Part shown: piece after piece, positions 14,690-23,852 of the stretch
Layout of the letters: every line of letters begins with the position of its first letter
Numbering within the stretch: position 1 is the first letter of the stretch
Assembly: GCF_000446015.1 (NCBI RefSeq)
Contig: NC_022093.1
Location: forward strand, 1,710,001-1,742,000
Direction of reading: 5' to 3'
DNA: 32,000 bases
DNA from: Thermofilum adornatum
GTDB lineage: Archaea > Thermoproteota > Thermoprotei > Thermofilales > Thermofilaceae
Notes under the pieces: model-generated
The model's input: the letters and a program-made list of their open reading frames with translations, nothing else
Databases searched by the model: none
Told to the model about the DNA's origin: nothing
Position numbers and translations under genes: made by a program

Positions 14690-15655
14690 TCACCCCCTTT
14701 TTCTCCTATACCTGAATGGTAAACCACCAGCTGCGCCAAGAGGTGGAAAAGCAATCAAGATAACAATCAATGTTACAAATGTCAAGAAGGTTCTAAAGCT
14801 AGTTGGGACACCGAACCAAGCATTCAGGAAACTAATGCCGACATTCTCTATGAGGGCAATCACGAATGCTCCAATGCCTGTCTTAACCAATGAGACCAGC
14901 CCCCCGATAAATGCAACGGTGAAGACTTGTAGAATCATAGCGTCGCCGGTTGTAGGCGTGACTGTTCCCGAGAAACTTGTCCAAATTGCTCCACCTATCC
15001 CGACTATGCCGCCCGTTATCAGCCATGTAACAGTTATTACCTTGTTCCTGGGTATCCCAGAAATCTCGGCCAAGACCGGGTTGTCTGCAACGGCGCGCAT
15101 CGCTTTTCCCAGCGAGGTTTTATTCAGGAAAAAGTAGAGAAATACAACCATGCCGACAGCTGCCACAAGAACCGCAATGAAGCCGCCAGACAACCTTAGG
15201 CCCCCTATCGTGATTTCTGGTACGTCATTATAGAGTATTCTCCCATACGAGACAAAGTTGACCCCGCTAAGTGCGTGTGCTATGTCAGCCAACATGTAGA
15301 GGACATAGTTGTACATTATCCAGAGACCCATCGACGCTATCATTATGAGAGACATTGAAGCTCCTCTATCACTAAGGGGTTTAAAGACAAAAATGTGACT
15401 AGCAACAGCAAGCGTCCCAGAAACGAGGAACGCCAGTAGGCACGATAAGAGAAGGCTCTGGTTGCCAAGCAAGCCATTAAGAAATACGGCTACATAGGCT
15501 CCGTAGGTTATAAAATTGGCGTGGGCAAAGTTCATGACCCGCGTCGTTCGATAGCTAAGGGTAAGGGGTACGGCAAAGAGTAGATAGAAGAAAGAGTAAA
15601 AAAGAAAATTTATTATTGTGTTTTGGTCAAGTGGTAGCATATATTGTTGCTTCAC
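14690..15655 (-). CDS. livH: LIV-type ABC transporter permease, LivH-like
   Basis: A polytopic membrane protein with VMNFAHANFITYGAY (LivH-type N-terminal block). It follows the binding-protein gene by 1 nt. The start could instead be the internal Met (MLPLDQ). Confidence 0.85.
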   Translation of the reverse strand: MKQQYMLPLDQNTIINFLFYSFFYLLFAVPLTLSYRTTRVMNFAHANFITYGAYVAVFLNGLLGNQSLLLSCLLAFLVSGTLAVASHIFVFKPLSDRGASMSLIMIASMGLWIMYNYVLYMLADIAHALSGVNFVSYGRILYNDVPEITIGGLRLSGGFIAVLVAAVGMVVFLYFFLNKTSLGKAMRAVADNPVLAEISGIPRNKVITVTWLITGGIVGIGGAIWTSFSGTVTPTTGDAMILQVFTVAFIGGLVSLVKTGIGAFVIALIENVGISFLNAWFGVPTSFRTFLTFVTLIVILIAFPPLGAAGGLPFRYRRKRG

Positions 15656-15656
15656 C

Positions 15657-16949
15657 CTATGGGTATGGTTTCTCGGTGAATATTATTTGTCCATTCTGGT
15701 AGAAGCCGACGTCTTTGAAGTCGTAGCCAGCGCCAGTCTTTACTATGGCCCATACGCCGTAGTCCTGGTTTGCCTTGTCACCAGCGCTGTCAAAGATCGT
15801 CCAGCCACTTACACCGTAGTAGTGCTTTGCAACTTCCACCAGGGCGTTCCTAATTGCATTGCCGTCGTTGCTTCCAGCCCTAAGGATTGCCCAGCCCGCA
15901 ACCTGGACTGCGTCGTACAAGTTGTCACAGAAGACTGTGGCATCTACCCCATACTTCTCCTTAAGTTTCTGTTTGAACTCTTCATAGAGAGGATTCGCTA
16001 CAAAAAGCGGACGTGTTCCCAGAAGCTTAACCTTTGCAGCAAAAGCTCCAACGGCAGGTGTCTTAAGCTCTGCTGCTCCATGCGGGCCCTCCGATAGGAA
16101 CCATCTAACACTAGAGAGAATAGACGACTCTGCAGCGTGGGAAAGTATGTTTCCGCCGTCCGTGTCGAATGAGATTAATACAACAGCATCGGCTTGCTCA
16201 GTCTGAACCTTGCTCGCAAGGCTGTTAACGTCCGCCGCATAGTCAGAAAGGTCTGGCTGATAAGGCATGTCGACAACTTTCCCGCCAAATTGCGTAAATG
16301 CCTTTGAAAAGAAGTCGGCAAACGCGTTTCCATACTCGTCGTTCCTGTGGAAGACTATTACTTTTCTTGCACCCTCCTGGAAAGCAAGGGTTGCGAGGAC
16401 TTTTGCTTGGCCAGCGTCAGAACCGACGGTCCTGAATATAAAATCGTTGGGTATCGCGAGTGTTGGCGCGGTCGAGGATGGAGAAATTATTACTATCTGG
16501 TTGCTGTCTGCAAAGCTTTTTACTGCTTTGACCTGAGAGCTTGCAGCTGGCCCGATGACCACCTTTATTCCTTGCTGTGCAAGCGTCTGGACATTTGATA
16601 CGGCCTTGTCAACAGATGTGCCATCATCCAATATAACAGCCTTAAACTCGACATTGAAGCCGTAGGCCTGCACCTCCTTGTTCAAGTCCTCTATAGCCAT
16701 CTGTGCAACTTTTTCCCAGATTTTACCTATAGATGAAAGAGAGCCAGTGAGTGGGAGAGTGAAGCCTATCTGTATAACTTTTTTAGATGCCGAGGGTTGT
16801 CCTCCAGCGGGTTGCTGGGGCTGTCCTTGCTGGGGACCAGCGAAGAATCCCGAGGCGGCGAAGCCAATGGCCATTCCAACTATAAGTGTAACAATAACTG
16901 CGGCGATGAACTGTACGCTAAACTTAGATTTTCCTGCTTGTTGTGTCAT
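15657..16949 (-). CDS. LIV-type periplasmic-binding-fold substrate-binding protein, N-terminally membrane-anchored
   Basis: Type-I PBP (LivK/Peripla_BP_6-like) body. I trimmed it to ATG 16949 (MTQQAGKSKFSVQFIAAVIVTLIVGMAIGF..), which is preceded by GGGGGAG. A TM anchor is followed by a Q/P/G linker (GPQQGQPQQPAGGQPSASKK). Confidence 0.8.
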   Translation of the reverse strand: MTQQAGKSKFSVQFIAAVIVTLIVGMAIGFAASGFFAGPQQGQPQQPAGGQPSASKKVIQIGFTLPLTGSLSSIGKIWEKVAQMAIEDLNKEVQAYGFNVEFKAVILDDGTSVDKAVSNVQTLAQQGIKVVIGPAASSQVKAVKSFADSNQIVIISPSSTAPTLAIPNDFIFRTVGSDAGQAKVLATLAFQEGARKVIVFHRNDEYGNAFADFFSKAFTQFGGKVVDMPYQPDLSDYAADVNSLASKVQTEQADAVVLISFDTDGGNILSHAAESSILSSVRWFLSEGPHGAAELKTPAVGAFAAKVKLLGTRPLFVANPLYEEFKQKLKEKYGVDATVFCDNLYDAVQVAGWAILRAGSNDGNAIRNALVEVAKHYYGVSGWTIFDSAGDKANQDYGVWAIVKTGAGYDFKDVGFYQNGQIIFTEKPYP

Positions 16950-17169
16950 GTGTTCTCCCCCTTGGGGGATGTAGTACAGCGATATGTAGGCTATATATGT
17001 CTTTGCCAAATATCTTCGCAGAAAATTGCAAAACAAAGGTAAGAATTTTGAAAAAAGTGTCAAGAACATCTTTGAATATGTGTAAAACTTACCATTAGAA
17101 TATGCATATCAGTAATGCTTATAAAAGAGCCCCTAAAATTGCCGATAAATATATTTAGCGAAACTTTAT

Positions 17170-18132
17170 TTAATACTCTCTTGATTTGGTCAATACGTTT
17201 AGAGGTTTTTCTCCTCTAAGGTATCTTGCTATGTTTTCTGCAGCGAACCTGAGGCATTTCTCCCTGGATTTCTTTGTCCATCCTGCCTTGTGGGGCGTAG
17301 CTATAACATTTGGGAGCCTGTGGACACCTATACTTGAGGGGTAGCCTTGGCTTGGCGGATAGGTCCACCATACGTCTATGCCTGCCCCGGCTATCCAGCC
17401 TTGTGTCAGGGCTTTGTATAATGCGTGTTCGTCTATAACGGGGCCCCGGCCTATGTTTATGATATAGGCTGTTTTCTTCATTGACTTTAGTTCTTCTTCT
17501 CCTATGAGGCCTCTCGTCTCTCGTGTCAGCGGGAGAGCTATTACTGCATAGTCTGCCTGGGAGAGAGCCTCTTTGAGCTTGTCTTGTCCGTAGCATTCGT
17601 CGCAGTACTCGTCTCTTTCTGGGTTCTTCTTGACAGCTACTACTTTCATGTTGAATGCCTTTGCTATCCTCGCTATCTCTCTGCCGATATTGCCGTATCC
17701 AACGATGGTTAGTGTTGAGCCTTCAAGGTCTAGTAAGAAGTTTTCCTCTGTGTAGCTTCTCCACTTGCCGTTCTTTACCTCGTAATCCTGCTCTACAATT
17801 TTCTTGGCAAGTGAAAGCATGAGTGCGAAGGCGTGCTCTGCTACTGCCCTGGCGTTACAGCCCTTGGCCGTGGCAACCATGACGTTTCTATCGAACAGGG
17901 CCTCTAGGTCTAAGTTGTCTGCGCCAGCCGCGGGAACCTGGACAAACTTAAGTTTTCCCGCTCTCTTGATTGCCTCCCTTGGCAAGGTAACAGCCATAGC
18001 TATGGACGAGTCTTCTAGGCCAGAAAAGTCGGCACCGCTCCAGTAGAGAATCTCGATTTTTCCGCCTAGAACGTCCTCAATTATCCTCTTTTCCCACTCG
18101 GCAAGCCTCAAATAAACAAACAACCTCTCCAC
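17170..18132 (-). CDS. D-isomer-specific 2-hydroxyacid dehydrogenase (NAD-binding)
   Basis: Rossmann motif VGYGNIGREIARIA, then NIGRGPVIDEHAL, DVWWTYP and TPHKAGWT (catalytic His region). GTG start. Confidence 0.88.
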   Translation of the reverse strand: MERLFVYLRLAEWEKRIIEDVLGGKIEILYWSGADFSGLEDSSIAMAVTLPREAIKRAGKLKFVQVPAAGADNLDLEALFDRNVMVATAKGCNARAVAEHAFALMLSLAKKIVEQDYEVKNGKWRSYTEENFLLDLEGSTLTIVGYGNIGREIARIAKAFNMKVVAVKKNPERDEYCDECYGQDKLKEALSQADYAVIALPLTRETRGLIGEEELKSMKKTAYIINIGRGPVIDEHALYKALTQGWIAGAGIDVWWTYPPSQGYPSSIGVHRLPNVIATPHKAGWTKKSREKCLRFAAENIARYLRGEKPLNVLTKSREY

Positions 18133-18298
18133 AAAAAAGGAATGTGTGATGCAGGGATAATAAAGTTACGCAAATCTATGGGAGAAAGGGGCGGCATGAA
18201 ATTTATATGTCTGTCTGCACATTTATATATTGATCCGGTAGGATCGCGCCTCGACTGCCCCGTATGTGGGCTGGATGAAAAGGCGCCCGGGAAAACAC

Positions 18299-18305
18299 AA
18301 AAAAA
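18299..18305 (-). terminator. T7 tract after the second binding-protein gene
   Basis: The minus strand reads TAA-ATTTC-TTTTTTT, 5 nt after the stop at 18311. Confidence 0.45.
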
Positions 18306-18310
18306 GAAAT

Positions 18311-19840
18311 TTATTTTTTGGGCTTTCTCCTAAGCAGTAAAACTGTAGCTAACACTATCACTAATACAATTATAGCCAGGACAATGTACAGAGTAAAGTC
18401 TTGTGCAGGCTGTTGTGGCTGAGCGGGTTTCGTGGGCTGTGTTGGCTGTTGTTGTGCTGGTTGTTGTGGCGGATACAGGTTGACCTCTACTGGGGGTGTA
18501 ACGCTTTTAACTGTGTCTATGTATTGTGGAGCAAACATTCCAATTTTGAGGAGGGGCTTGTAGAGGTCTGGTAGATCCTGCTCGGTATAGTATTTGGCAA
18601 GAGAGGTTGTATCCCACACTATTTGTGCAATATACATGTCCTGTACTGTTCTGTGGTCTTCTTTTCTTATCTTTATGTCTCCCTTCACAGATGTAAATGT
18701 GAGGCCTTCAAGCGCGTTGATTAGTTTTTCAGAGTCTGTTGAGCCGCCGGTCTTCTTTAATGCTAGTCCAAGCGCATGGCCAGCCACGAATCCCTCGCCG
18801 ACAAAAAGGTCTGGCAAGGGGAAGGCTATGAGGACTGAGCCCATCGTTGGAAGTGCTTTTTTCTTGTAGAGTTCAACATACTTTGAGACAAGCCAGTCGT
18901 TGACTGGGTTATTCTGTGGTAGGTTCCAAGCATACTTCATCATTCCCTTGTAGTTGGGCAGGTATAGGCCCATTTTTAATAGGTTCAGGGTTGCTAGGTC
19001 TGGTATGCCTGAGGTGACTTTCATCTTTTGGTAAACTCCTGAAGCGTTTATCTGTTGGTAGAGTGTTAGAGCTGTTGCTCCACTCCATACGGGAATGAAT
19101 ACCTCTGCCTTTGAGGCCAGGAGAGACTGGATGTAGGGCGTAAAGTCAGTGGTTGTTACGGGGGCATATATTGCGGCGACAACGCTTCCTCCTTTCTGTT
19201 GAATGATTGTTGACCAGGCATCGACAGTAGAGCGTCCCCAGGAGTTGCTCGGTGCTAGGAATGCAACTGTTTTGCCGAGGGTGGTGGCAAATGTTCCACC
19301 TGCAATTGCGTCGTGCCAAGTTGTACTTGAAATCTGGAAAACGTACCTGTTTAGGTAGGTCTTGGTTATCTCGTGGTCAGCGGCAGGGACAACCAAGAAT
19401 ACGACCTTGTATTTTTGGGCTATCTGTGTGAGGGCGATAGCTGACGGGCTGTCTGAACAGCCTACGAGTATCTCGGCTCCCTTGTTTTGTATCAAGTCCT
19501 CTGCTGCTTTTGTAGCTGTGGCTGGGTCTGGGATTTGCTGGCCGGCTGGAACATTGGTTGCCGCTATGATGTGTATTGTTTTGCCTTGCCAGTTAAGTTT
19601 CCATTCTAGGTTTGGCGTAACTGTCTCGAAGCTCGGTATCTCTAGCGCGTACATGAGTCCAAGAATGAAGCCGTTAATTGACATGTCGCCATAGTAGCTT
19701 AGTGCACCTGTCCTGTCGGTAACGATGCCTATAACGATTTCATTGGGGTTCTGGGCCTTGACGTTTATTGGTACAAAGGCTAGTGCTATTAGTGCTATCA
19801 AGAGGAGGGAGAGACTTTTAGCTCGTTCTTTTGTTGTCAT
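18311..19840 (-). CDS. LIV-type substrate-binding protein with signal peptide and C-terminal Q/P linker plus TM anchor
   Basis: N-terminal signal-like LSLLLIALIALAFVPINVKAQNP and a type-I PBP-sized body. The C-terminus is PPQQPAQQQPTQPTKPAQPQQPAQDF, then TLYIVLAIIVLVIVLATVLLL, then RRKPKK. Confidence 0.8.
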   Translation of the reverse strand: MTTKERAKSLSLLLIALIALAFVPINVKAQNPNEIVIGIVTDRTGALSYYGDMSINGFILGLMYALEIPSFETVTPNLEWKLNWQGKTIHIIAATNVPAGQQIPDPATATKAAEDLIQNKGAEILVGCSDSPSAIALTQIAQKYKVVFLVVPAADHEITKTYLNRYVFQISSTTWHDAIAGGTFATTLGKTVAFLAPSNSWGRSTVDAWSTIIQQKGGSVVAAIYAPVTTTDFTPYIQSLLASKAEVFIPVWSGATALTLYQQINASGVYQKMKVTSGIPDLATLNLLKMGLYLPNYKGMMKYAWNLPQNNPVNDWLVSKYVELYKKKALPTMGSVLIAFPLPDLFVGEGFVAGHALGLALKKTGGSTDSEKLINALEGLTFTSVKGDIKIRKEDHRTVQDMYIAQIVWDTTSLAKYYTEQDLPDLYKPLLKIGMFAPQYIDTVKSVTPPVEVNLYPPQQPAQQQPTQPTKPAQPQQPAQDFTLYIVLAIIVLVIVLATVLLLRRKPKK

Positions 19841-19877
19841 ACGGTTGTAATAATAATTTCTTATTCAATAAAAAAAG

Positions 19878-19884
19878 GGTTAAC
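19878..19884. promoter_or_regulatory. GGTTAAC half-site abutting the TATA-like tract of the binding-protein gene promoter
   Basis: The minus strand reads GTTAACC-CTTTTTTTATTGAATAAG.. with ATG at 19840, 38 nt from the motif end. Confidence 0.5.
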
Positions 19885-19910
19885 TACTATTTCTGGGCTC
19901 TATCTGCCTT

Positions 19911-20927
19911 TTATATCCAGCGGAAGATTGCGCTTGCCATGACGAAGCCTACTCCAGAAGTGATGAACTGTATGTAGTCTCCCTTCTTAATCTTGCCCTG
20001 TGTTAGAGTATCGTGTAGAGCCATGAATACGCAGGCAGATCCAGTGTATCCATATTTCTCCATGATGGTTGGGGCCTTCTCGATTGGCTGTCCAAGTAGC
20101 CTCATCAGCTGGTGGATCATCTCTCTGTTTACCTGTGTGACGAAGTAGTAGCTTATGTCGTTGGCTGTTAAATTTGCCTTTTTCTGTACCTCTTGTGCGA
20201 GTCCTGGCCAGTGGCGAAGGTTTATGTCGGGTGGATACCTTTTAAGGTACCTCAGCTTGTGCCATCCCTCCTTTACGACGTTCTCGTTTACTGGTCTTGC
20301 ACCCCCTATGTATATGCCCCAGTAGTCTGTATAACTACCATCCGCAATTATTTTTCCAGTAATGTAGCCAGGTTCACTTGATGGGCCAAGAATGACGGCT
20401 CCAGCTCCGTCAGAGAAAATGGAGGCAGTCACGTCTTGTGGGTCAATAAATTTGGTCATCGTGTAAGGTGAAACTACCAAGACATAGTTGACGTCTTCGT
20501 TGAGCATGATGTTCTGTGCCGCAAGCATGAGGGCTATTGTGTTGTCTGCACAGGCCGCGTTTATGTCGAAGCCTCCCGTTTTTAGTTTTGCGCCTAGCTT
20601 CTGGTGAACTGCACAAACTGTTGGTGGGGTCTGGAAGTCTGGGGTATCTGTTGCGAATATGATAAGGTCGATATCGTCTATAGTGAGGTTGGCGTTTTGA
20701 AGAGCCATTCTAGCGGCTTCTGCGGCTAGATCCGAGGGGGCCTGGTCTGGCGCAGAGACGTATCGGTGTTTGATGCCTATGCGGTTTTCTAGTGCATTTC
20801 TCCATGCATCGGGGAGCTTGAGACCAAAGAACTTTTCATAGTCATCGTTAGTTACTAGTGTTTTTCCAAGGGCTATGCCCGTGCTCACTATCCTGGCATA
20901 TTTTTTTATTTCAGGCTTCGTAGCCAT
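19911..20927 (-). CDS. KAS III (FabH)-like thiolase-fold enzyme with atypical catalytic residues
   Basis: FabH-like blocks ATDTPDFQTPPTVCAVHQKLG, FDINAACADNTIAL (active-site Cys retained), SDGAGAVILG and the C-terminal GVGFVMASAIFRW. The start is ATG 20927, or TTG 20930 as in the track. Confidence 0.75.
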   Translation of the reverse strand: MATKPEIKKYARIVSTGIALGKTLVTNDDYEKFFGLKLPDAWRNALENRIGIKHRYVSAPDQAPSDLAAEAARMALQNANLTIDDIDLIIFATDTPDFQTPPTVCAVHQKLGAKLKTGGFDINAACADNTIALMLAAQNIMLNEDVNYVLVVSPYTMTKFIDPQDVTASIFSDGAGAVILGPSSEPGYITGKIIADGSYTDYWGIYIGGARPVNENVVKEGWHKLRYLKRYPPDINLRHWPGLAQEVQKKANLTANDISYYFVTQVNREMIHQLMRLLGQPIEKAPTIMEKYGYTGSACVFMALHDTLTQGKIKKGDYIQFITSGVGFVMASAIFRWI

Positions 20928-20963
20928 CAAAATACTCTGGGAAAAATCCTATAAAATAAAAAC

Positions 20964-20970
20964 GGTTAAC
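20964..20970. promoter_or_regulatory. GGTTAAC half-site abutting the TATA-like tract of the KAS III-like gene promoter
   Basis: The minus strand reads GTTAACC-GTTTTTATTTTATAGG.. with ATG at 20927, 37 nt from the motif end. Confidence 0.5.
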
Positions 20971-20983
20971 TATTTCCCGAAAC

Positions 20984-22213
20984 CTAAAAGATGCTTTCGA
21001 TCTTTCTCTTGAGCTTCCAGCCTTTAAGCAACCATGTACCGTATATACCGTAAGGTAATGCCAGGACAACTATTATGTAGAGGAGTCCGAGAATAAAGCT
21101 GGGGAAGAGTTGCAGTTGTTGGAGTGACAGGAAGCCTAGTGATATGAGTGCTGGAGTTATCGTTGAAAGGTAGTCTCTAAGGAAGCCAGCAAGGATACCG
21201 CCAATAGCTGGTCCAACGAATGTGCCGAGACCACCCAGTATAGCACCAGTCATGGCAATGAAGGTCTTATCGGTTGCGAAGACGTCTGGCTGGATTGTAG
21301 GTATGCAGGCGACGTACACGCTTCCGGCTACCCCTGCAAAGACGCCTGAAATAAAGAAAGCTATTAACTGGTGGAGAAAAACGTTGTAGCCTATAACAGA
21401 TGCCCTTACCGGATTCTCCCTTATTGCTATAAATGTGCTTCCCAGAGGGGATGTGATGATTCTCTTAATCAACAGATATGATATGTAGAGGCTAAGGAGA
21501 GAGACTAGGTACACGTTAAGAGGATATACAAATCGCAGGATTCTTACATAAGGAAGACCTGAACCTACTTCATGGAGGAATGTTGCCGAGGAGCTAAAGA
21601 TTACGTACCCACTATAACCTAAGAAGATAAAGAGCAATAAGACAATCAGTGTTTTGAGAACTTTCTGGCGTTTCCGCTTTGTGCTAATGATGTCTATCAT
21701 CCCGGTCACAAGTGATAGAGCAAGAAATATTGTGAAGAGGGCGAGGTAGAGGTACAGCCCTTCAAGTGAAGCCATCTCAGGTATCGTACCTACCGTCACA
21801 GCAACAGTGGTTTGGGCAGAGTACTCAATAGTAGCTCTAATGGCTTCCGAAATAGCAAGCGTTAAGATACCATAGTACAGTCCCCTAACACGGTAGCCGG
21901 GAAGACCCATGCCGACATAAACAGCTCCCGAAATAAGTGCGGCGGGAATAAGAGATAGAAGGAACGGGACACCCTGCTTGAGAAGCACCGCCGTAATAAA
22001 GGCAGCAACACCGAATGGAACTGCGTGCCCGAAGCTTGGGATTCCCGCGAAACCCAAAACTATGTTGTAGCTTAGTGCAAGTAGAGCCCATACAAATGTC
22101 AGGGGAATGCCTGTAGCCAGTGACCTGTCTAGCCATGGAATGGCAAGGAGTATTGTTAAGGACAAGTATCCAAGAAACCTATTAGGCAACAAGTAGTTCC
22201 TTAGTTTCTCCAT
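20984..22213 (-). CDS. livM: LIV-type ABC transporter permease, LivM-like (long form)
   Basis: A polytopic membrane protein of 409 aa in the LivM position of operon 2. The conserved C-terminal half reads SPLGSTFIAIRENPVRASVIGYN... Confidence 0.85.
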   Translation of the reverse strand: MEKLRNYLLPNRFLGYLSLTILLAIPWLDRSLATGIPLTFVWALLALSYNIVLGFAGIPSFGHAVPFGVAAFITAVLLKQGVPFLLSLIPAALISGAVYVGMGLPGYRVRGLYYGILTLAISEAIRATIEYSAQTTVAVTVGTIPEMASLEGLYLYLALFTIFLALSLVTGMIDIISTKRKRQKVLKTLIVLLLFIFLGYSGYVIFSSSATFLHEVGSGLPYVRILRFVYPLNVYLVSLLSLYISYLLIKRIITSPLGSTFIAIRENPVRASVIGYNVFLHQLIAFFISGVFAGVAGSVYVACIPTIQPDVFATDKTFIAMTGAILGGLGTFVGPAIGGILAGFLRDYLSTITPALISLGFLSLQQLQLFPSFILGLLYIIVVLALPYGIYGTWLLKGWKLKRKIESIF

Positions 22214-22217
22214 TTTC

Positions 22218-23090
22218 TCACCTCTTGAATAATCCTTCTGGTTTAACCACTAGGACAACTATCATGACTATGAGATCTATCGCAAAGCCCAGTTGGGGTA
22301 TAAAGTAGGCTACAAGCCTGTCGACAAATCCTATCAGTAGACTCGCATAGAAGGCTCCCGAATAACTTTTCATGCCTCCTACCACGGGGATAGCGAATGC
22401 TAGAAGTGAAAAGTGGACAGGGAGCTCTATGGTTGCATGCGTCAGTGGAGCAACTAGTGCGCCACCCAGTAGTGCCAGGGCGACGCCAAATGTAAATGCA
22501 GACGTGAAGAGCATCGAGATATCTACACCGAAGACTGTAGCGAGCTCTCGGTTCTCTGTCCCCGCCCTAAGCTTTATACCAATCATGGTTTTTGAAAGAA
22601 GTGTACTCATGGTGCCGAATAGGACAAATCCAATCGCTATAAGAACAAACTTATAGATCCTTATCCTGACATCTGCTAGCTGTATATATCCTGACAACAA
22701 GAAGTTTTGAGTCTCCGGAAATACGAGCCCTGTTGGCCATATTAGTTGCATAAAGGTATACAATAGAGTCATTAGTCCCATGGTAAGTAGTAATTGTGCT
22801 AATGGATTCCCGTATACCGGCCGTATTATTGCTCTCTCGGTTAGAAGACCAAGGACTATCCCTATAAGAAAAGTTAACAATAGGCTCAACAGGAAGTTAT
22901 TCGTCATGTAATAAAACGTCACAAAGAGATATGCTCCTAGTCCAAAAAAGGCGCCCTGTGCTAGGTTAAAGACATCCATTAAGCCAAAAATAATCACAAG
23001 TCCTATGGCTGCAAGGTAGATCATTGATGAATAAGTCAACCCGTCTATAACTGCGCTTAGAATCAATTCAGGTGAAACCATATCCACCAC
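22218..23090 (-). CDS. livH: LIV-type ABC transporter permease, LivH-like
   Basis: A polytopic membrane protein of 290 aa with the FNLAQGAFFGLGAY block. It directly abuts the livF-like gene. Confidence 0.85.
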   Translation of the reverse strand: MVDMVSPELILSAVIDGLTYSSMIYLAAIGLVIIFGLMDVFNLAQGAFFGLGAYLFVTFYYMTNNFLLSLLLTFLIGIVLGLLTERAIIRPVYGNPLAQLLLTMGLMTLLYTFMQLIWPTGLVFPETQNFLLSGYIQLADVRIRIYKFVLIAIGFVLFGTMSTLLSKTMIGIKLRAGTENRELATVFGVDISMLFTSAFTFGVALALLGGALVAPLTHATIELPVHFSLLAFAIPVVGGMKSYSGAFYASLLIGFVDRLVAYFIPQLGFAIDLIVMIVVLVVKPEGLFKR

Positions 23091-23852
23091 CTATAAGCTT
23101 ACACCCAGGATTCTCCTTATTACATGATTGTTTTCTTCTATTTTTTCCGAGGGAAAACCTGTCACCACAACACCTTTATCCATCAGGTAAATGTAATCTG
23201 TTATTTCGCGGGCGTAAGCAAAGTTCTGTTCAATCAATAGTATTGTCTTCTTATTTTCAAGCATGTAGTGCCTCAGCTGCCTGTAGAAGTTTTTAACATA
23301 AGCTGGGCTTAGACCCTCAGATGGCTCATCTAGTATGAGAAGATCATGCTCCCTTACCAGTCCACATGCAAGTGCAAGCATTCTTTGCTGACCGCCGCTA
23401 AGTTCTCCTGCTAGGAGGCCAGAGAACCGTTTAAGCTCTGGGAAAAGATTCATTACCATTTCAAGCTTGTCGTCGAATTTTTCCTTTGGGCCATTATAGG
23501 CTAGCTTAAGGTTCTCAATGACGGTAAGGTTTGCAAATACATTTTTCTCTGCTGGGACAAAACTTATTCCCCTCTTGACTATGCTATGCGTTGGGAAATT
23601 AGTGATGTTCTCTCCTTTGAAAAACACTTCTCCCCTAGCTGCCTTATATATTCCCATTATTGTTTTTAGAGTTGTTGTTTTTCCCACGCCATTTCTACCT
23701 AGAATGGCCGTGAGCTTGTATTCTTCCGCTTCGAAGTTTACTCCTTGAAGTATATGGAAGCCGCCTATATATGCATGAAGATCCTTTACTTTCAGAATTG
23801 GAGACGCCACATCATTCACCCAGGTAGATTTTCTGAACCTCCCTATTCTCAA
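23091..23852 (-). CDS. livF: LIV-type ABC transporter ATP-binding protein, LivF-like
   Basis: Walker A GRNGVGKTT, signature LSGGQQRML, Walker B LILDEPSEGLSP. The start is uncertain: ATG 23852 gives a 41-nt overlap with livG, while in-frame GTGs at 23819 or 23810 give a short or no overlap. Confidence 0.88.
   Translation of the reverse strand: MRIGRFRKSTWVNDVASPILKVKDLHAYIGGFHILQGVNFEAEEYKLTAILGRNGVGKTTTLKTIMGIYKAARGEVFFKGENITNFPTHSIVKRGISFVPAEKNVFANLTVIENLKLAYNGPKEKFDDKLEMVMNLFPELKRFSGLLAGELSGGQQRMLALACGLVREHDLLILDEPSEGLSPAYVKNFYRQLRHYMLENKKTILLIEQNFAYAREITDYIYLMDKGVVVTGFPSEKIEENNHVIRRILGVSL

Noticed and set aside
16956-16969. 14-bp perfect palindrome TCCCCCTTGGGGGA just upstream of the trimmed start of binding-protein gene 1
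   Set aside because: A 7-bp-arm palindrome is expected about once or twice per 32 kb by chance, and I saw no second copy. The G-run doubles as a plausible Shine-Dalgarno-like GGGGGAG. A hairpin would have too tight a loop unless shortened to 5 bp. I noted it but did not call it.
16950-17069. N-terminal 40-codon extension of the binding-protein ORF in the track (470 aa), and similarly 11170..11295 for the AbrB-like ORF (126 aa)
   Set aside because: The extensions are low-complexity and hydrophobic or odd in composition. They cover AT-rich promoter-like DNA. Each is followed by an internal ATG with a sensible N-terminus (a TM anchor, or the AbrB motif right at the start).
18165-18170. CGTAAC followed by TTTATTATCC upstream of the 2-hydroxyacid dehydrogenase, as a sixth member of the GTTAACC promoter set
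   Set aside because: It differs from the motif by a deletion and a mismatch, which is too weak to count. It is mentioned only as a possible degenerate site.
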